Assembly: GCF_022539665.2 (NCBI RefSeq)
Contig: NC_081332.1
Span: 7,502,001 to 7,566,000 of the forward strand
Direction of reading: 5' to 3'
DNA: 64,000 nt
From: Daphnia carinata
Lineage: Eukaryota
Shown here one piece after another: positions 50,130 to 63,810 of this stretch. A model generated the notes under the pieces. The model had not been told where the DNA came from. It worked only from the letters and a program-made list of their open reading frames with translations, and did not search any database. Position 1 is the stretch's first letter. Each line of letters opens with the position of its first letter. Made by a program: the position numbers and the translations under genes.

Positions 50130-52231
50130 TTTAGTTTATAATTCTCCTATAAGATGTCCCAATAGAAAAACTCTCGGTATACGATTCGTGAAGCGAAGAT
50201 ATGTACATGTTTCCGTCAAATGTTGAAAGGAAACCCAATCAAAGGTGTCTGCGTCGGCCAACTCCTGAATGCAAGACTGATAGAAAAACTTGGTTTCTCT
50301 AATCAGTCTAGCTCTTACCTAGAATAATCTACCGAAATACGCCTGACACCTGGTTTCAGGACACTCTCTCACCTATTTGCTACATTACTTTTCCTAAGAG
50401 GATGATTAGCGGATTCCTGTATGAAATGAATAACATATCTCTGATAATCTTCTTCTGACAATATTGAGGTATTTAGTTTCCACAACCCGACAGAGGGTCT
50501 GCTACCATTTGGGAGATCGAGATTGCAAGTAAGCGTGGGTTGTACTGACTGATGGTCGCTAATCGATAAAGATTGCAAACAAATGTTTGAAAAGTTATCT
50601 GCAAAGGATTGAGTAGCATAAATCCTATCAAGTCTAGAAGAACGGTAATGAAAAGTGTGACCCGGTTCAACATAATTTAGCTTCTTCCAGACGTCTACCA
50701 GATCGAGACCGGTAACCATCTCCGTTAAAGCATAGCTAACGACACTACTTGGGACAGGGAGAGATTGGATATTTGCCCTATCCTGGATGTCGTCAACGCA
50801 GTTAAAATCGCCCATCAACAAGAAGGGCAGTCGAGTGGTAACTGACTAGGCAGGAACGGGTTGACGAAGAGCTTGCTTACCAGACGGGGCATAGATATTA
50901 ATAAACGTAAAACATTTTACGTCAATAGAGACAAGCCTTCCTTCTGGTTCAAGAAGCAATCAAGAATATTCCAGACCATGCCTAATGAGGATGGCTGTTC
51001 CGTTTTTGTTGAGACCAACGTTTGCTAGCAAGTGGTAACAGCTTTCAATTATTGGACAAGAATGAAAGGCTACCACTTGAAGTCCCACAATATCTAGATT
51101 ACCGCCTGCAAAAATTTAAAAGGATTTTACGTCGCTCGACTGACCTGATACCTCCTATGTTGATGGAAGCGATTTTTAGTTCTGCAGTCATTTGTGAGGT
51201 TTTTTGGGTTGAGGAGGGGTTGAAGCAGGTTTAGAATTCTGGGTCGTCAAGGTGGGTTTGAAACGTTTGTTTCGTGGAACAGTGGGAAATCTCAGGGGGT
51301 CTTTTGATTTGTTACTTTCCATGGTCTCTGTTTTCCCCATGTTGGGTTCTATCGATTCCATGATAATTGTCATTGGTTCATGGGTTTCGGTGTCAAGGGG
51401 TGACATTTGGGTTTCCGGAATGTTTTCAGGTGGGTGTTCTATATTAGGTATTTCTAAAGGAGGGTCGGAGTTTCACATTCCATGATTTCAGTTTCCAAAT
51501 TTGAAGTCCCTTTCGAGAGTGAATCTTGCAATTCGCTCTCCAAACGAACCTTGCAAACCATGGAATACTCAAATATGACGGGATTTTCTCTAATGGTCTT
51601 TTTTGTCATTTTGGGAACAGGATTTGGGCAATAGCGGGTTCGTTGTTTCGCTTCAATGTTGGACAGTTGTAGCTAAAACGGGTCTCTTCGTCACAAAGTC
51701 TGCAGGTAGGCTTTTGTCCATCATACTTTACCATGGCACGATAACTGCCAATTGTAATGTATGATGGAATGTTTTTCCTCAAAGTCGTTCGTACGATCAT
51801 CCAAGTGGAAAGGACGGGGTATAAAACTTCATCCTCTACCACTCGATAGCGTTCCCACCGAGCGTCAATTAAGTTCCCATATTCCTTAATACGTGTCTGA
51901 ACTACTTCCAAGTCTAGATTCTGTGGAATTCCTACATTTCGAACAAATTTCTCTTGAGTATTGCTATCCCTAATGACTACATTAACTTCTTTCCCCTCCA
52001 ATTCAGTCCTGACGATACCACTGTGTCGGGACAAATACTTGAGGTGTATGCCTCTGAGGTAAACGTAATTCTAGCGACCTGGTTTCTCTTATCTAGAACA
52101 GCAACTAGGCCTAAGAGATCTTCTGCCTCAACCTTCAAACTACGCACAAAACCACGAACTGTATGCATAGTCAACCTCGGGAATTAAACTCTAAAATCGA
52201 TATCTGCACTATTAAGCCACTTGGCATCCAT
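50130..52231 (-). mobile_element. L1/Tx1-clade non-LTR retrotransposon 5' portion (ORF1 and APE endonuclease), decayed, RT absent
   Basis: ORF1 IPSYITIGSY..YDGQKPTCRLC....R....C. ORF2 from ATG ~51191: LKIASINIGG, INIYAPSG, MGDFNC, SRLDRIY, SDHQSV, WKLNTSIL. Frameshifts present. Confidence 0.9.
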
Positions 52232-52627
52232 TGTCTCCTAGAAAATGTAAACAAACTGCCAAAAGGGGGACGGGAACCATCGCGTTGTGTGAATCATTGA
52301 AATGCAAAAAAAAATTTACATTCTGTAATGAGATTACTGCCTTTAAGGAAATACACAATTCTTCTTGTATCCATTTTTTGAAAAGCCATCAGTTTTAGCG
52401 AGATGAAATTTCAAAAGTCAAAGCTAGTTAACGTTTCTTACTAGCCTGTGGTTGATCTAAGAACGCTTGATGACTATCCTTGCTAACCCTGCATCAGCAG
52501 ATTCGCGGAGATATAGGGCCTGAAGATTTAGGACCCCAAAGTAGGTCATCGGAATATAGGGCCCGGAGAATTAGAACCATATCTCCAAAGAAGTTTTAAA
52601 GGGTCCTAGTTCTCCATAATGAGGGAC

Positions 52628-53290
52628 TGTTGGAAACAAAGATCAAAAGCACAATTCAAACATATTAAATTATATCATTAAATTATTAGTTCTCAGAGCT
52701 CGCTGAATGAATACAGTATATGTAATGTAATTATATATTACATACGCTATAGAACTTTACCACTTGCAGTAAAGATTATATAAGTAGAAGTGTGTAACAG
52801 AAGCTCTTGGCAATTGCCAGCAGCAGACGACAGAGAAAACAAAAACACCGAGGCTTAACAGCATCCTTTTGTGTAAGTGCAATATTGGTAAGAATATAAG
52901 AAGAGAAGAAAAGGGTTTGCCTTATAACATTTACAACAACACTTTCGATTAAACCCTTGTTGACTTAATAAGATAGCTCCCCTATACTGATGCTCCTTCT
53001 CATCTTATCGAAAGTTTGCGCTACCAGTGTCTGAGTAAGCACATCAGCAAGTTGATTCTTAGTTCGGGTGAAGTCTTTAAGTAGATAACTCAACCAGGCA
53101 ACAGTCTTTGCAACTTCACAAGCAGATATTGTAGTCTGCTTCAGTTGTCGAGAGGGCAGTAGAAGACTGCTTCTTGTTGGTTCGTGCTACTAGTCCACTA
53201 TGAAAAAAAATGCTACCAAACGTAGATTGTGGTCTTTTATAATTCCATGTCTTTGTCTTTCGACCCCTATACCGTAGTCTTTAGTCTAGT
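52628..53290 (-). mobile_element. Ty1/Copia 3' fragment: RNase H remnant plus 311-bp LTR (52628-52938)
   Basis: KKQSSTALSTTEADY and NQLADVLTQTL are Copia RNase H motifs; the LTR is bounded by TGTTG...CAACA. Confidence 0.8.
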
Positions 53291-56200
53291 TGCGGTATCC
53301 GACTTCGTTGATGACTGCTCAACCTTCGGTTTTGAGAATAATTGTCACCTAGCAGGTAGCACATGCAAGAACTGACACGTTTGCAGAGCCACTACGAACG
53401 AAGAGCGCCAACTAGTTAATAGAAATGCTCAATTTTCTCTCCCTCGCTCTTCGACTTCAAGCAAGAGCTGAGGCGCAAGTTGGGTATGGAACGGCTTTAG
53501 GTTTCACCTTCTGCCATCCGAATTTTACCACCAGTTTGCCAACTAGATGGTTTTCCACAAGATGGTGTGTCGATCAGCCCCATCTATTTCCCTTCACATA
53601 GAAACTCGTTAATGTGTTTATCTAAGAGTGGCTTGTTTCTGCCAATGTAAAGGAAGACTGATGTAGCTCTTCTGTAAAATCTGGAATCGAGTAAGAATTA
53701 CGTATGGGATGCAGTGGTTAATGCAGTAAAGTTCCTTCGTGACAGCGGACTGCTAACTTCCATTCGTGTAAAGAAAATCATTTAAATGGCGATGTTCAAA
53801 TTAGGATATAGTCCATTGTCACAAAAGTTCAAACTGAAGTGCTGGGCGACGGCAGAAATTCGACGTTATAATCTTCTGTGTTACACTTAATCTAAAAACG
53901 AACGGCATTAAAGCAACTGGGGTACATGATTAACCATTTTCAAACGTAAAACTTTTTCAGCTTTTGTGTGTTCCTTTAGTATTTCATTGAGTAGATAACA
54001 GGTCATTCAGTTCTACTTGTAAGTCCACCAAGTCTGTAGTCGGCATTCACATTTTCGATTAAGAAATAAAGTATGTTAAGTCGCACCAGTATTCATCTTT
54101 CATAATCATTTCATATCATCATCTTTCATCATCAGCCTCCTATACATCATCTCTCACTTTCTATTGCACTCTACACATGAGGAGTTAGTAGCAAATAGGG
54201 CCGAAAACTGGGATTTGACCAACACTTGCATTTCTCGTCCTCAATCGTAGTAAAACCTCGATAGATTTGTAAAATTGTCGGGTATTCCCCTTGTAAAATT
54301 TTTGCAGACGTTTACGCCAGCCTGAAGGCTACGCCCTGTCTACCACGTGTTTAGTATCTGACTAGAGGCCGGTGTATCAATGTGAATCATCGACATCCGT
54401 TAGCGTGTAACTCTCTCAGCCTGTAATAATGTTTCTACGTCATGAATGAAGCCGTACCCAAAGCCGAAACATGAACATGGACGGCAATATCCCAATTGTA
54501 GACGCATCGAACCCTTAAACGCAGAAGGCTGAAGGGCCCTTACTCCCTGAAAACAATCTCAAGAAGAAACGAGGGAAGAGAAAGGCGGCCCACACGAAGT
54601 TAACGACACAGCTCATAAGGGCAGTGGCAGATCACAAAATGGACGCCTTCAGATTAAAGAAATTGCAAGTTGCAGCATGGCGTGACGAATTCATTCGTAT
54701 CAACGGAAAACTCAAAGAAATACAACTAAGGTATACAGAAAGTATACCCGGCCTAACCGAACAGCAACGTCAAGCATGTGCCAAATGGGTAGCAGATTTT
54801 GAAATTGATTATGTGGAAATAATCAAATTTGTAAAGCGTTGTGACACTTCCTCAAACCCTTCCGTCAGTTCAATCGACACGTCAGCTTCAGATGTCACGA
54901 GTAGTACTAGGAAATCCTAACCACTAAGGACTAACGAGGAAACCCGAAGAAATATGCTCGCACATGCACACAGTTTACGGTCGCACAGAGATTACGGATC
55001 AAACATATCTCGTCGACCTTCTACAGGTTCCGCCATTGAAGAGCCTAGATTCCATCAGCCTCAAGACCTTTGCAAACCGTCTTTATGGTGCAGTGGCCAC
55101 CTTCTCCAAGTCAAAGTATGCTCACGAGCTGCAGAGCCGTACCACCCTGATGGCCCTCGAAGCGAAATTGACATCAAGGGAAAGTGAAACTAAAAACGGA
55201 AGAAAGCAGGTGTAGATCTGAATGTTCTAGACTTGAAGGAAAAAAATGTGTTCGAGTCCTTACCAACGTCGACGTCCAAAGGTGCAAAATTCGATGACAG
55301 GATGCACGTCAAACGACCCAGCGCCCCATATACATCGACCATTGGACACGTATGGACAATGGAAGGTTCGAGAATACCGGCGTCATCTTCCGCAACCACA
55401 CCTCCAAGGAGCCAACAGACATCGGGGAAGAACAAGCCGAAAAGACCGAACAGTGGAGATGCTTTGTTCGCAACGGCAAGGCCCACAATATTTCAACCTT
55501 CACCGTCTTCATGTCTCTCACACCCACGAAAAGAGCTGAGAAAGTATTCAAGTCCTTGCTTCATGGATCTGAATTCTTCCTACTGAGGAGGCTAGCGGAT
55601 CCACCTGCTCCATCAACGCAATCATCGGCAGCATTCCTTGGGACCTTGGCCCACTTGGAAACGGTAAAACAATGTGTATGTTTCAAGATCGTACCGTTTC
55701 CTCTAAGATTTCGTGAAACATCGATCGACACTCTCGGTTTCCTGGATTCCGGAAGGGACACCACGTTGATTAGGAGAGACATAGTAAAGAAATTGGGACT
55801 TGTTGGACCTTCTAAACGCATCAACGTTGTCTCGTATGATGGAGCCACGTAGAACGTTGTGGCTTCGGTAGTAAATTTCGTCTCTCGTTTTATGATGGCG
55901 CAAGCTAGTTTGAAGTCAATCATGCTTACGCAGTCGACAATTTGAAGGTGACGCTGAATCTGCCAATCGACCCTCGACAGTTTGCATCCTGGACTCATCT
56001 ATGTGTTATTGATGTTCTGACCGTTCAACAGGAGGACGTGACCGTGCTGATAGCAATAGACGTCGTAGAGGGTAATCACCATGTAGCTTCCATCAGGCCA
56101 CTGGCTTGAATGGCAGTGCTCATTGCCTTTCAGACGCCGTTTGGCTGGTGTTTGGGTTGTCAAACGGGCCCGCCGCAGGATGGACCCCAGTTCATCGCAA

Positions 56201-57750
56201 ATTTGGTAACCGAGAAACCTTCCGAAGACCTAAACGAGTTGGCCAAGAAATTCTGGCTATTTCAGGCCAAAGACGTGGAAATGGAGCACCACGTAATGTT
56301 CGAAGACAATCCACATAGAAAACGTATCCTCAAATCTTCAGTAAAAAGTATTGGTAATCGGTATCAAGTCGGCTTAATGCAGAAAGCTGACGAAGTAAAC
56401 CTACCGAACAACCGGTTGTCTGCATTGAAGAGGCTCCATGCTCTCGAACGACGTTTTCATCGAAACGCTGAATTCAAACCGAAAATACGATGCAGTGGTC
56501 AAGGAGTACATCGGCTTGAAACACGCCAGATTCCTCCTGAATCAAAGGACACGGAAAAAGGACGTGGTATTAACCACATCACGGCGTCATGAGCCCGTCT
56601 AGCTCATCGACCAAAGCTCGAGTTGTATTCGATGGAGCTACAGAGTTCGGTGGCACATCGGTCAATCAAAATTTGCTTCGGGGATCTAACTTACTCGTTA
56701 GCTTGCTCAGTGTACTCATTTCGGCGTAATCTTGTGCCAGTTGGGGCGGACATCGAGAAAATGTCTCACCAGGTGAAAGTTCCCGAAGAAGACCAAGCAG
56801 ACTTCCGCTTTGTTTACCGGACGCCTGGCAGCAGGTCAGTCCCGTTGACGTACCAGATGACTGTTCACGTATTTGGAGCGGTGTCTTCCCCGACGAACTG
56901 TATATTCGCCCTCAACTGAACGGCCGATGATCATCATGACCAGTATCCAGAGTTAGCCAACAGTGTACGAAGGAACTTGTACGTTGACAGCTACCTAGAT
57001 TCCTTCGACTCAGAAGACGAGGCAATCAGACGGGCCCGCCTAGTGAATACCCATCTTCAATTAGTCGGCTTCCACTTAACGAAGTGAACATCGTCGTCGA
57101 AGACTGTGATAGCATCCCGAAGGAAATTCGGCCTTGCTTCGCCAGCACTGGACCTCGACTTGGAAAGGCTTCCTATAGAACGAACGCTTGGGGTTATGTG
57201 GGATAGTGAGAGAAACGTGTTAACTTTCTAGATTCGTAAGTCATCGAACAACGAAGTCCTCACCAGAACATCCATCTTGAGCATCATCTCCAGCCTCTAC
57301 GATCCACTGGGACTCGTTGGTCCTGTCGTCTTCCTGGTGAAGTCTCTGCTTCAAGGTATTTGGACCTACGAGAAAGGAACTGGCTGGGACCAGCCGTTGT
57401 CCGAAGAGTTGAACCAACGTGTTAAGAGTCCGTGTCGGTGCTGGCCTGTTTCCGAATCCAACGTGGACGTTGGACACAATAGCACCCTCGCGTCTTTACG
57501 GATGCAAGTTTCAAAGGCTTTGGAACTGCAGCTTACTTCCCTGCCGTATTTGAGAACAAATCGACAAAGGTGTCTTTTGCGATGTCTAAAACACAGGTTA
57601 CAGCGGTAAAGGGCCTCACGATTCTCCGGCTGGAGCTGCAGGCTGCTGCAGAGGGCCTAAATATAGCTCGGGAGCTTTGGTCATTATCGACTTGACAGCT
57701 CTCGGAAAAAAACTTCACCTTACATCGGGATTGAACCACTGCAACCCGTA
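53290..57750 (+). mobile_element. Degenerate BEL/Pao LTR retrotransposon (gag remnant, PR, RT, RNase H; IN missing)
   Basis: GFLDSGRDTTLI; RVVFDG; ADIEKM.HQVKV..DQ..FRF; HVFGAVSSP; LYVDS; SSLYDPLGL; FTDAS; LRLELQAA. Many stops; the 5' boundary is uncertain. Confidence 0.85.
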
Positions 57751-58938
57751 TCTGAATCCGATCCTAATCCACCTAGCTATTATTTCTTGTTATATATGTC
57801 TATTTTTTCGGGGATGAATGTAGGGGATGAATGAAAAAAAATGATGTGCTATATACTGTCGATCCATTTAGTCATCATGGGGCGTAAGCGGTGTGTATCG
57901 GCTTGTGATGCGGGAGGTTGGTGTTCAATATTTCACACAGATAATTTCTTTTATACATCAGGTCGTTCTGAAGCATCGTTTCTAAATAATATAACTTATA
58001 AATATTAAAAAAATTTCCCCTTCAACCTCGATGAAATAAACTATTGTATAGATAGCTGTAAGACGGTGTCTTAGGAAATTGTAGCTCATTGGTATAGGTT
58101 GGTATTCGGAGAAGGATAGCAGTGGTTCAATCCCGATATGAGACGAAATTTTTCCCGCGTTGCATTGTCGATGTTGGTTAGACAGTTGGCCAGACAGTTT
58201 CATAACACCTGGGGCAAAAGGTGTCTGGACTTAAACTACCCTTCCCAACTTATAGCGTTTTTGCGCCAAACCCGCCCTAACCCTATTTAAAAAAGGTCAA
58301 TAATTGTTAATTACCAGAGGGATCGTGTAACGATCCCGAAAGGTAATTGTAATTGTGCTAGAAATAAATGAAGGGACGACCCTAAGGGTTTAGACCCATT
58401 TATTTAGCTCTTTAAAGAAAAAAACAATGGAACACCTATTCCTTTCCTAATGCCTGGATACGCCCCCTCTCTTCAGACTTATTTCACCAGGGCTTGTAAC
58501 AACTTTAACAACATAAACAACTAAACGAAACAATGATTATGAAATCAGAGATGGACCAGAGAAAAAACCTGACGTAATTCTGACAGGGGAAAAAACTCTG
58601 TCCGTAACGGTCATGAAAAAGGGTAACAACAGTAGTGCCATTCGAAGATCAACTCGTTAAGAGAAGACACAACAAAAAATTGCAGTTCTTCTATAGCTGC
58701 CATCTCGCCAGGGGTTTTCTTAGCCACGAAGCTGATTTGCTGGACGTTCGATGGACTGATTCCAGTTATGACCACTGCCTCCGCTGAAACCTCTGGGCTT
58801 TCTGGCTTGGTTTACTCTATCAGAAACCAAAATATAATGAAAATACAAAAGGCTGACGGATATCAAACCACACAATAATTCTCCATAAATGAAGCCAGGG
58901 TGGGTTTGGGTGGGAGACAGACCCTTAGGGTCGTCTCT

Positions 58939-59860
58939 TCATTTATTTCTAGCACAATTACAATTACCTTTCGGGATCGTTACACGATCCCTCTGGTAAT
59001 TAACAATTGTGCTGCGAAATGCCATTTCGTTAGACCCTAAGGGTGACTTTGTAGATTTGTTTAAATGTAGAGTTTGTCCGAAGACTGATGATTCAACCGT
59101 TGCCTCCGCCGATCGGTTGTAAAATCTTCTAAACGTCGATTCGTGAGACCAGCTTCCCGCTTTTAAAATTGCATCCATTGACAATCCGTTGTTTGACGCC
59201 TTAGAAGCGGCCGCGCTTCTAGTTGAATGTGCCCCAAATACCTTCGTATTGATCCCGGCTTCCTTTAGGACGGATCTTATCCATCGACTGACCGTGTTGG
59301 GTGACACTGGTTTGTGCGGAGCAATGACTGCTATAACCAGCCTATCACTGTTGTGTTCCGCTCGAAAACTACTAGTGCGCTCCTTGTATGACTCCAACGT
59401 CCTAACCGGACATACTTTTTGATCTGGACAAGCTGTTAAAGAGAATGTTTGCAATGGACCGCTTCTCTGAGCTTTACAGAATCTCGGACGAGGCGGATTT
59501 CGATTGTAACAACCTTTGAGCAATCTTACTACTTCCGGCCGCTCGCCTATGGGCACGCCCTCCGCTGGCTTAAGAGTGCTCGACAACATCGACCTATGAA
59601 GATTAATAGAACTATACGATTTACCCGACGCATGCAAATTTGTTAAAAATTCCAAGATGTCCGCTATAATAATTGAGAAGGGATTCGAACGCCTCCCCAT
59701 ACACCAATGCACCCAATTTCTCCATGCTGACTCATAAGCGGTTTGGGTGTTGGGCCTAATTCCGGCCATGAGTAAGTCGACCACCGTTGTCGAAAATCCT
59801 CGCTCAAGGTACTGTCTCCTGACAGCTTCCAGACGGCCAAGTGTAGCGCATTGTTCCAGG
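58939..59860 (-). pseudogene. DIRS tyrosine recombinase with an internal deletion
   Basis: TQTAYESAWRNW..ILEFL..SYSSINLHRSMLS..VVRLLKG; junction RPRF|CKAQ at ~59480; CPVRTLESY, FGAHSTRSAA, GSWSHESTFRRFY. Confidence 0.85.
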
Positions 59861-61112
59861 TAAGCGGGTGAGTTTCGTCCAGTGCTGATTTCAAAAGGGT
59901 CTGAGACGGCGCAAGAAGACCCACGTCTTCGCGTCGTCGAATACCCACCGATCGCCTTCTCTGCCGGGTAACGTGGTGATAGGCGCGAGACCACTGCTGT
60001 AGTGCGTCCTTTACCAAATCCTGGGCTTTTCTTTCCGATTCTCCATCACTGAGGGAAAGAATGCGGGTATAAAGGTCTATAAGTGGCGGGCCAATATCCA
60101 TGATCTTGAGTTGCGTCGTGACCAGCGACTCCTCCGCCGCATTGACTGCTTTTAACTTCCCTTTATCCTTTGCCCGTCTATACATGTAGCCGTCGAGTTT
60201 GGGTGGTCTTAACGAAAATTCTTTGTCCACAAAATCAAGCGGAATCCTCTTTGAAATTGCTTTAGATTCGTTAGTTGGTACTCCTTTCGTCAACCAGCTG
60301 AAAAGAGCTTCGGTGACCTCTTGTGGCACTATCAACGGTACAGGCTCTAAACTACCATTCGACCTTAGACTACGGGGCTCTGGGGTACGCTCCTTTGATA
60401 AACTCGGCCTCGGTGAGCTGGGTACGGCTGGCGACCTGGCCGCTTGCTGCCCTGCCAAACTCTCTGGCCTTCGATTTGCTGGGTGCCATGGCCGCTTAAA
60501 GAATCCTTGCAGACGATCCTGATCTTCGTGGTCGTCTATCACTATTTCTTCCACCTCATCCTCTTCTTGCGGTAGTCCATAGTCTTCTTCTTGCTCGTCG
60601 GTTCTGTGTCTATTGCCACGGTCACAACTCTCACGACTTGGCTCACGCTCGCTGTCCTCATCCGTATATTGCCTATCCTCCACACGATTATATTCCGCAC
60701 AAAAACTGTCACGGCGGGAATTATAATTCGCCGTATCACTCCAAAACCCTCGACCGGTCTCACGTGTGTAAAAATCCCGCACGTCATACCCATAGGTTGG
60801 TCTGACTCTGCCATAATCTTGGTCGTTACGATCGTAGATTGGCGCGAGGTAAGGACGGTCGCGATAAAAACCACTCGGCGTTGGACGTGGGGGGGACCTT
60901 TCCCTTTCTTGATAACGTGAATCGTAGTAACTTCGGCGATCACGATAACGAGAGCGTTCTAAAAATTCTCTTTCCTGCTCCCTATTTGAAAAATTTACGG
61001 CACGTGGATCAAACCAATCGTTTCTATGCCTATCTCTGTAATTTCCAGGTGCTGACATCCTTACTCTGTAAGAGCTAAAATAAGTCTGAAGAGAGGGGGC
61101 GTATCCAGGCAT
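59664..61112 (-). pseudogene. DIRS gag-like ORF fused by deletion (~59945) to the C-terminal tail of the pol/MT region
   Basis: LRPPKLDGYM..QLKIMDIGPPL..QRRRS is gag-like; it joins directly to HPL..LHLAVWKLSG, which precedes YR in DIRS1 elements (recalled). Confidence 0.75.
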
Positions 61113-61753
61113 TAGGAAAGGAATAGGTGTTCCTTTGTTTTTTTCTTTAAAGAGCTAAATAAATGGGTCTACACCCTTAGGGTCTAACGAAATGGCATTT
61201 CGCAGCACAATTTCAAAATACTCATGTGCTTAGACATACCTCTGACAACTCCATGGTATTATTCCTTTATTCTTGTGAACAATTTCCACCATCAATGGAA
61301 TTGTGATGATGTAAGTAGGCAGATCCGCTGAGGAGAAACTTCTTGTGTTATTGTGGTGAACTGATTAAATAGGTCATCAGACAGACACCTTAGAATAGTG
61401 AGAATAATAAAAAAAACATACCTGCAAACTTCAAGAGCTTTTGCACGAATTAACATTACAGCAACAAACATTTCCTCCAAATCTGTTTTTAAACATGCAA
61501 TGGTGTTTTTGGGTTTGGCAGATTCAAAACGTTCCACCTACAAAATTATGGAAGAAAATTCTAAATTTCATAAAACTTGACAGGCAACTATGGGTGAATT
61601 ATGGTTTAACAGAAGAAAAACTATGTTTTACGTATAGAAAAATCGAAAACCTCAGCATCTATTGGTGTAAAAATGTCACCTGCTGATAAATCCATCATTA
61701 ATGGTAACATTCCTGCTTGTGTCATGAGATGAAATAACAAGATTTAATAATTT

Positions 61754-63810
61754 GACTTCCGATAACGTTGCTCGCGACTATTGAGCGCAATACATTCTGA
61801 AATATATATTTATGTACATAAAAGAGATGTGAAATTAAATATCAAATCAGAAATATATTCCAATAATAAATTATATGAATCCACAGCTCCTGTGTACCAA
61901 TTCATTATATATAGCTGTAACAAACAAAATGGCTTGAATGACTAAGACAGTAAAACACCCAATCATTCAACGTCAAAGCTAAACATTTACTTGGATATCT
62001 CTGTAATTTTAGCGATACTCGAACCCGCAATCCCCGGCCTATGAGACCGGTGCATTATCCATTAGGCCACAAAGAGACTTGAAATATCATTTGCCGTGAA
62101 AAAATGACGCTTTTCCTTGCATAATTGCTATTTATTCATTGTCAATTACCATCTTTGGACAACACCACGGAGAAGCCAATAAAATTCAACATTGACCTCA
62201 TGGGTCGAAACTGCGGCTGACCATAAACGAAAGTACGCGAACTGTATCCCAGAAAGATCATGCAACCCTAACCAAAAATCTCTTACATGATCCAGATAAC
62301 TAACCAAGGTCAAAACCACTCATTTTGCTTACCTGTTGAATTCTCTTGTGTATGTTCTTAATTGCTTGATCTTCAACTGGACAGATCAAAGACTGAGCCA
62401 CAACCTCAAGCCTCTCTACGCTGTACAACTAGACTACATCCACGTTGTTTCGATGTCGCTGTCTAGCGATGGACTGAGCTGTTCGAACAGAACACGATAG
62501 AAAAACTTGAACAACATGAATCCAATGTTGCACTGTTGGAAGAGGGAGCTAAGACTTGGTCAGTTCTTTCTGACATTATACTGGAGGCAGATAAATTTCA
62601 AGCGACTAATGACATTCTTGAAACCAGGTGGGCAGGGTAAGAAACAGAGCAACGCTTCACTTGTTAAAGACCTTTTTTCTCAGCCTGAAAACTTATTATT
62701 CAGCATCGCTAATAGCAATGAATGACGTATATCCCCTTTTTTTTAATGATTCTGTATAGACAAATCAATTTAATTGAATTTAGATTATGTAAAATAATAA
62801 GAAAACGATGACTCGCTAGCTCACCTGTTAAACTAGAAATAGAATTTCTTGGGGATTTTTCTCGTGACAGTTTTAGCTTTTTATTCAAATTCGATTTGAG
62901 TATACTTTTGCAATGTGCAGGTCTCTCTTTTCTGTCGTGTCCTTCATAGCGTACCTGTCGTCTGTTTCAAGATCGTGCGTACCAGGGGCCTACTGGCACC
63001 GACCACAGACGATACACCCAGAGAAAGTAGTGATGGGGTCCGGGAGAGGGAATTGCACAATAGAAAATAATAGGCGTTACACCTGTCCAATTCATATTTT
63101 TGTTTGTTTTAAATTGTAGGTATCTAGGTTTGCTTTTGCTCCTCTTACCTTCAGGAATTGGTATAAAATGATGGAAGAGTCCACCACAGTTCGTTACAAA
63201 CACATCCGCAGCTTCAACAAAGAAGAGAACGTTCCAGCGCAACATACATCGTCTTAATTCCAGAGGAAAATGGTAGCCAATTTCAAAGTAAGTACGATAT
63301 TATTAAACTAAGCAAGATTTCGAATTGTTTTTTGGTTTCTGTTTTCTTTCTGGCGTTGCAGATTACATTGATTTTCGTAGCTTTGATGATCGTCGCTATG
63401 GCAATGGCGAAAAAAATCAAATTTTATTATCGTCATGGTGGCTATGGAGGATATGGAGGATATGGAGGATATGGCGCGTATAGTGGATATGGCGGATATG
63501 GCGGATATGGAGGATATGGACATGGATACAGCAACGGATATGGAGGTAACAAATACGCCCTTTCTACTTAACTTATTTCATATGTTATAACATACAACAT
63601 TATCGCATAGGATATGGACACAGCTACTACGACGGATACAGCTACTGAAATGTCTACAATCAAACAATGTAACATTTCGTATTGACGAACGCGACATTGA
63701 CTTGATTGTAGAACCATGTATCCAACTTACCTATTTTTGCAAATAAACGCAAATGTTGAAAACAAATTTATAAATTGATTTGCTTTGGAAGGAACACCAG
63801 CAAACACGGG
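61754..63810 (+). repeat. Segmental paralog of ~36823-38905 (CPR 3' end, tRNA-Arg pseudogene at 62004-62076, GGY gene)
   Basis: Colinear similarity from gacttccg.taacgttgctcgcgacta through the GGY gene and its 3' UTR. Confidence 0.9.
63270..63648 (+). CDS. Small secreted Gly/Tyr-rich protein (GGY repeats), likely cuticular; 3 exons, intact
   Basis: MVANFK|ITLIFVALMIVAMAMA-KKIKFYYRHGGYGGYGG..G|GYGHSYYDGYSY*; canonical GT-AG introns; TATAAAA at ~63163. Confidence 0.85.

Larger units (their letters stand above)
58302..61212 (-). mobile_element. Non-autonomous DIRS1-type tyrosine-recombinase retrotransposon with complete termini
   Basis: ITRs at 58378-58484 and 61078-61184. ICR 58921-59045 is complementary to both extreme ends. 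AATT at both termini. Gag remnant and YR with HSTR and W..ESTFRRFY; RT/RH deleted. Confidence 0.93.

Noticed and set aside
61213..61750. Exon-like minus-strand fragments (ESAKPKNTIACLKTDLEEMF..)
   Set aside because: No recognisable family and stops present; cannot be called.
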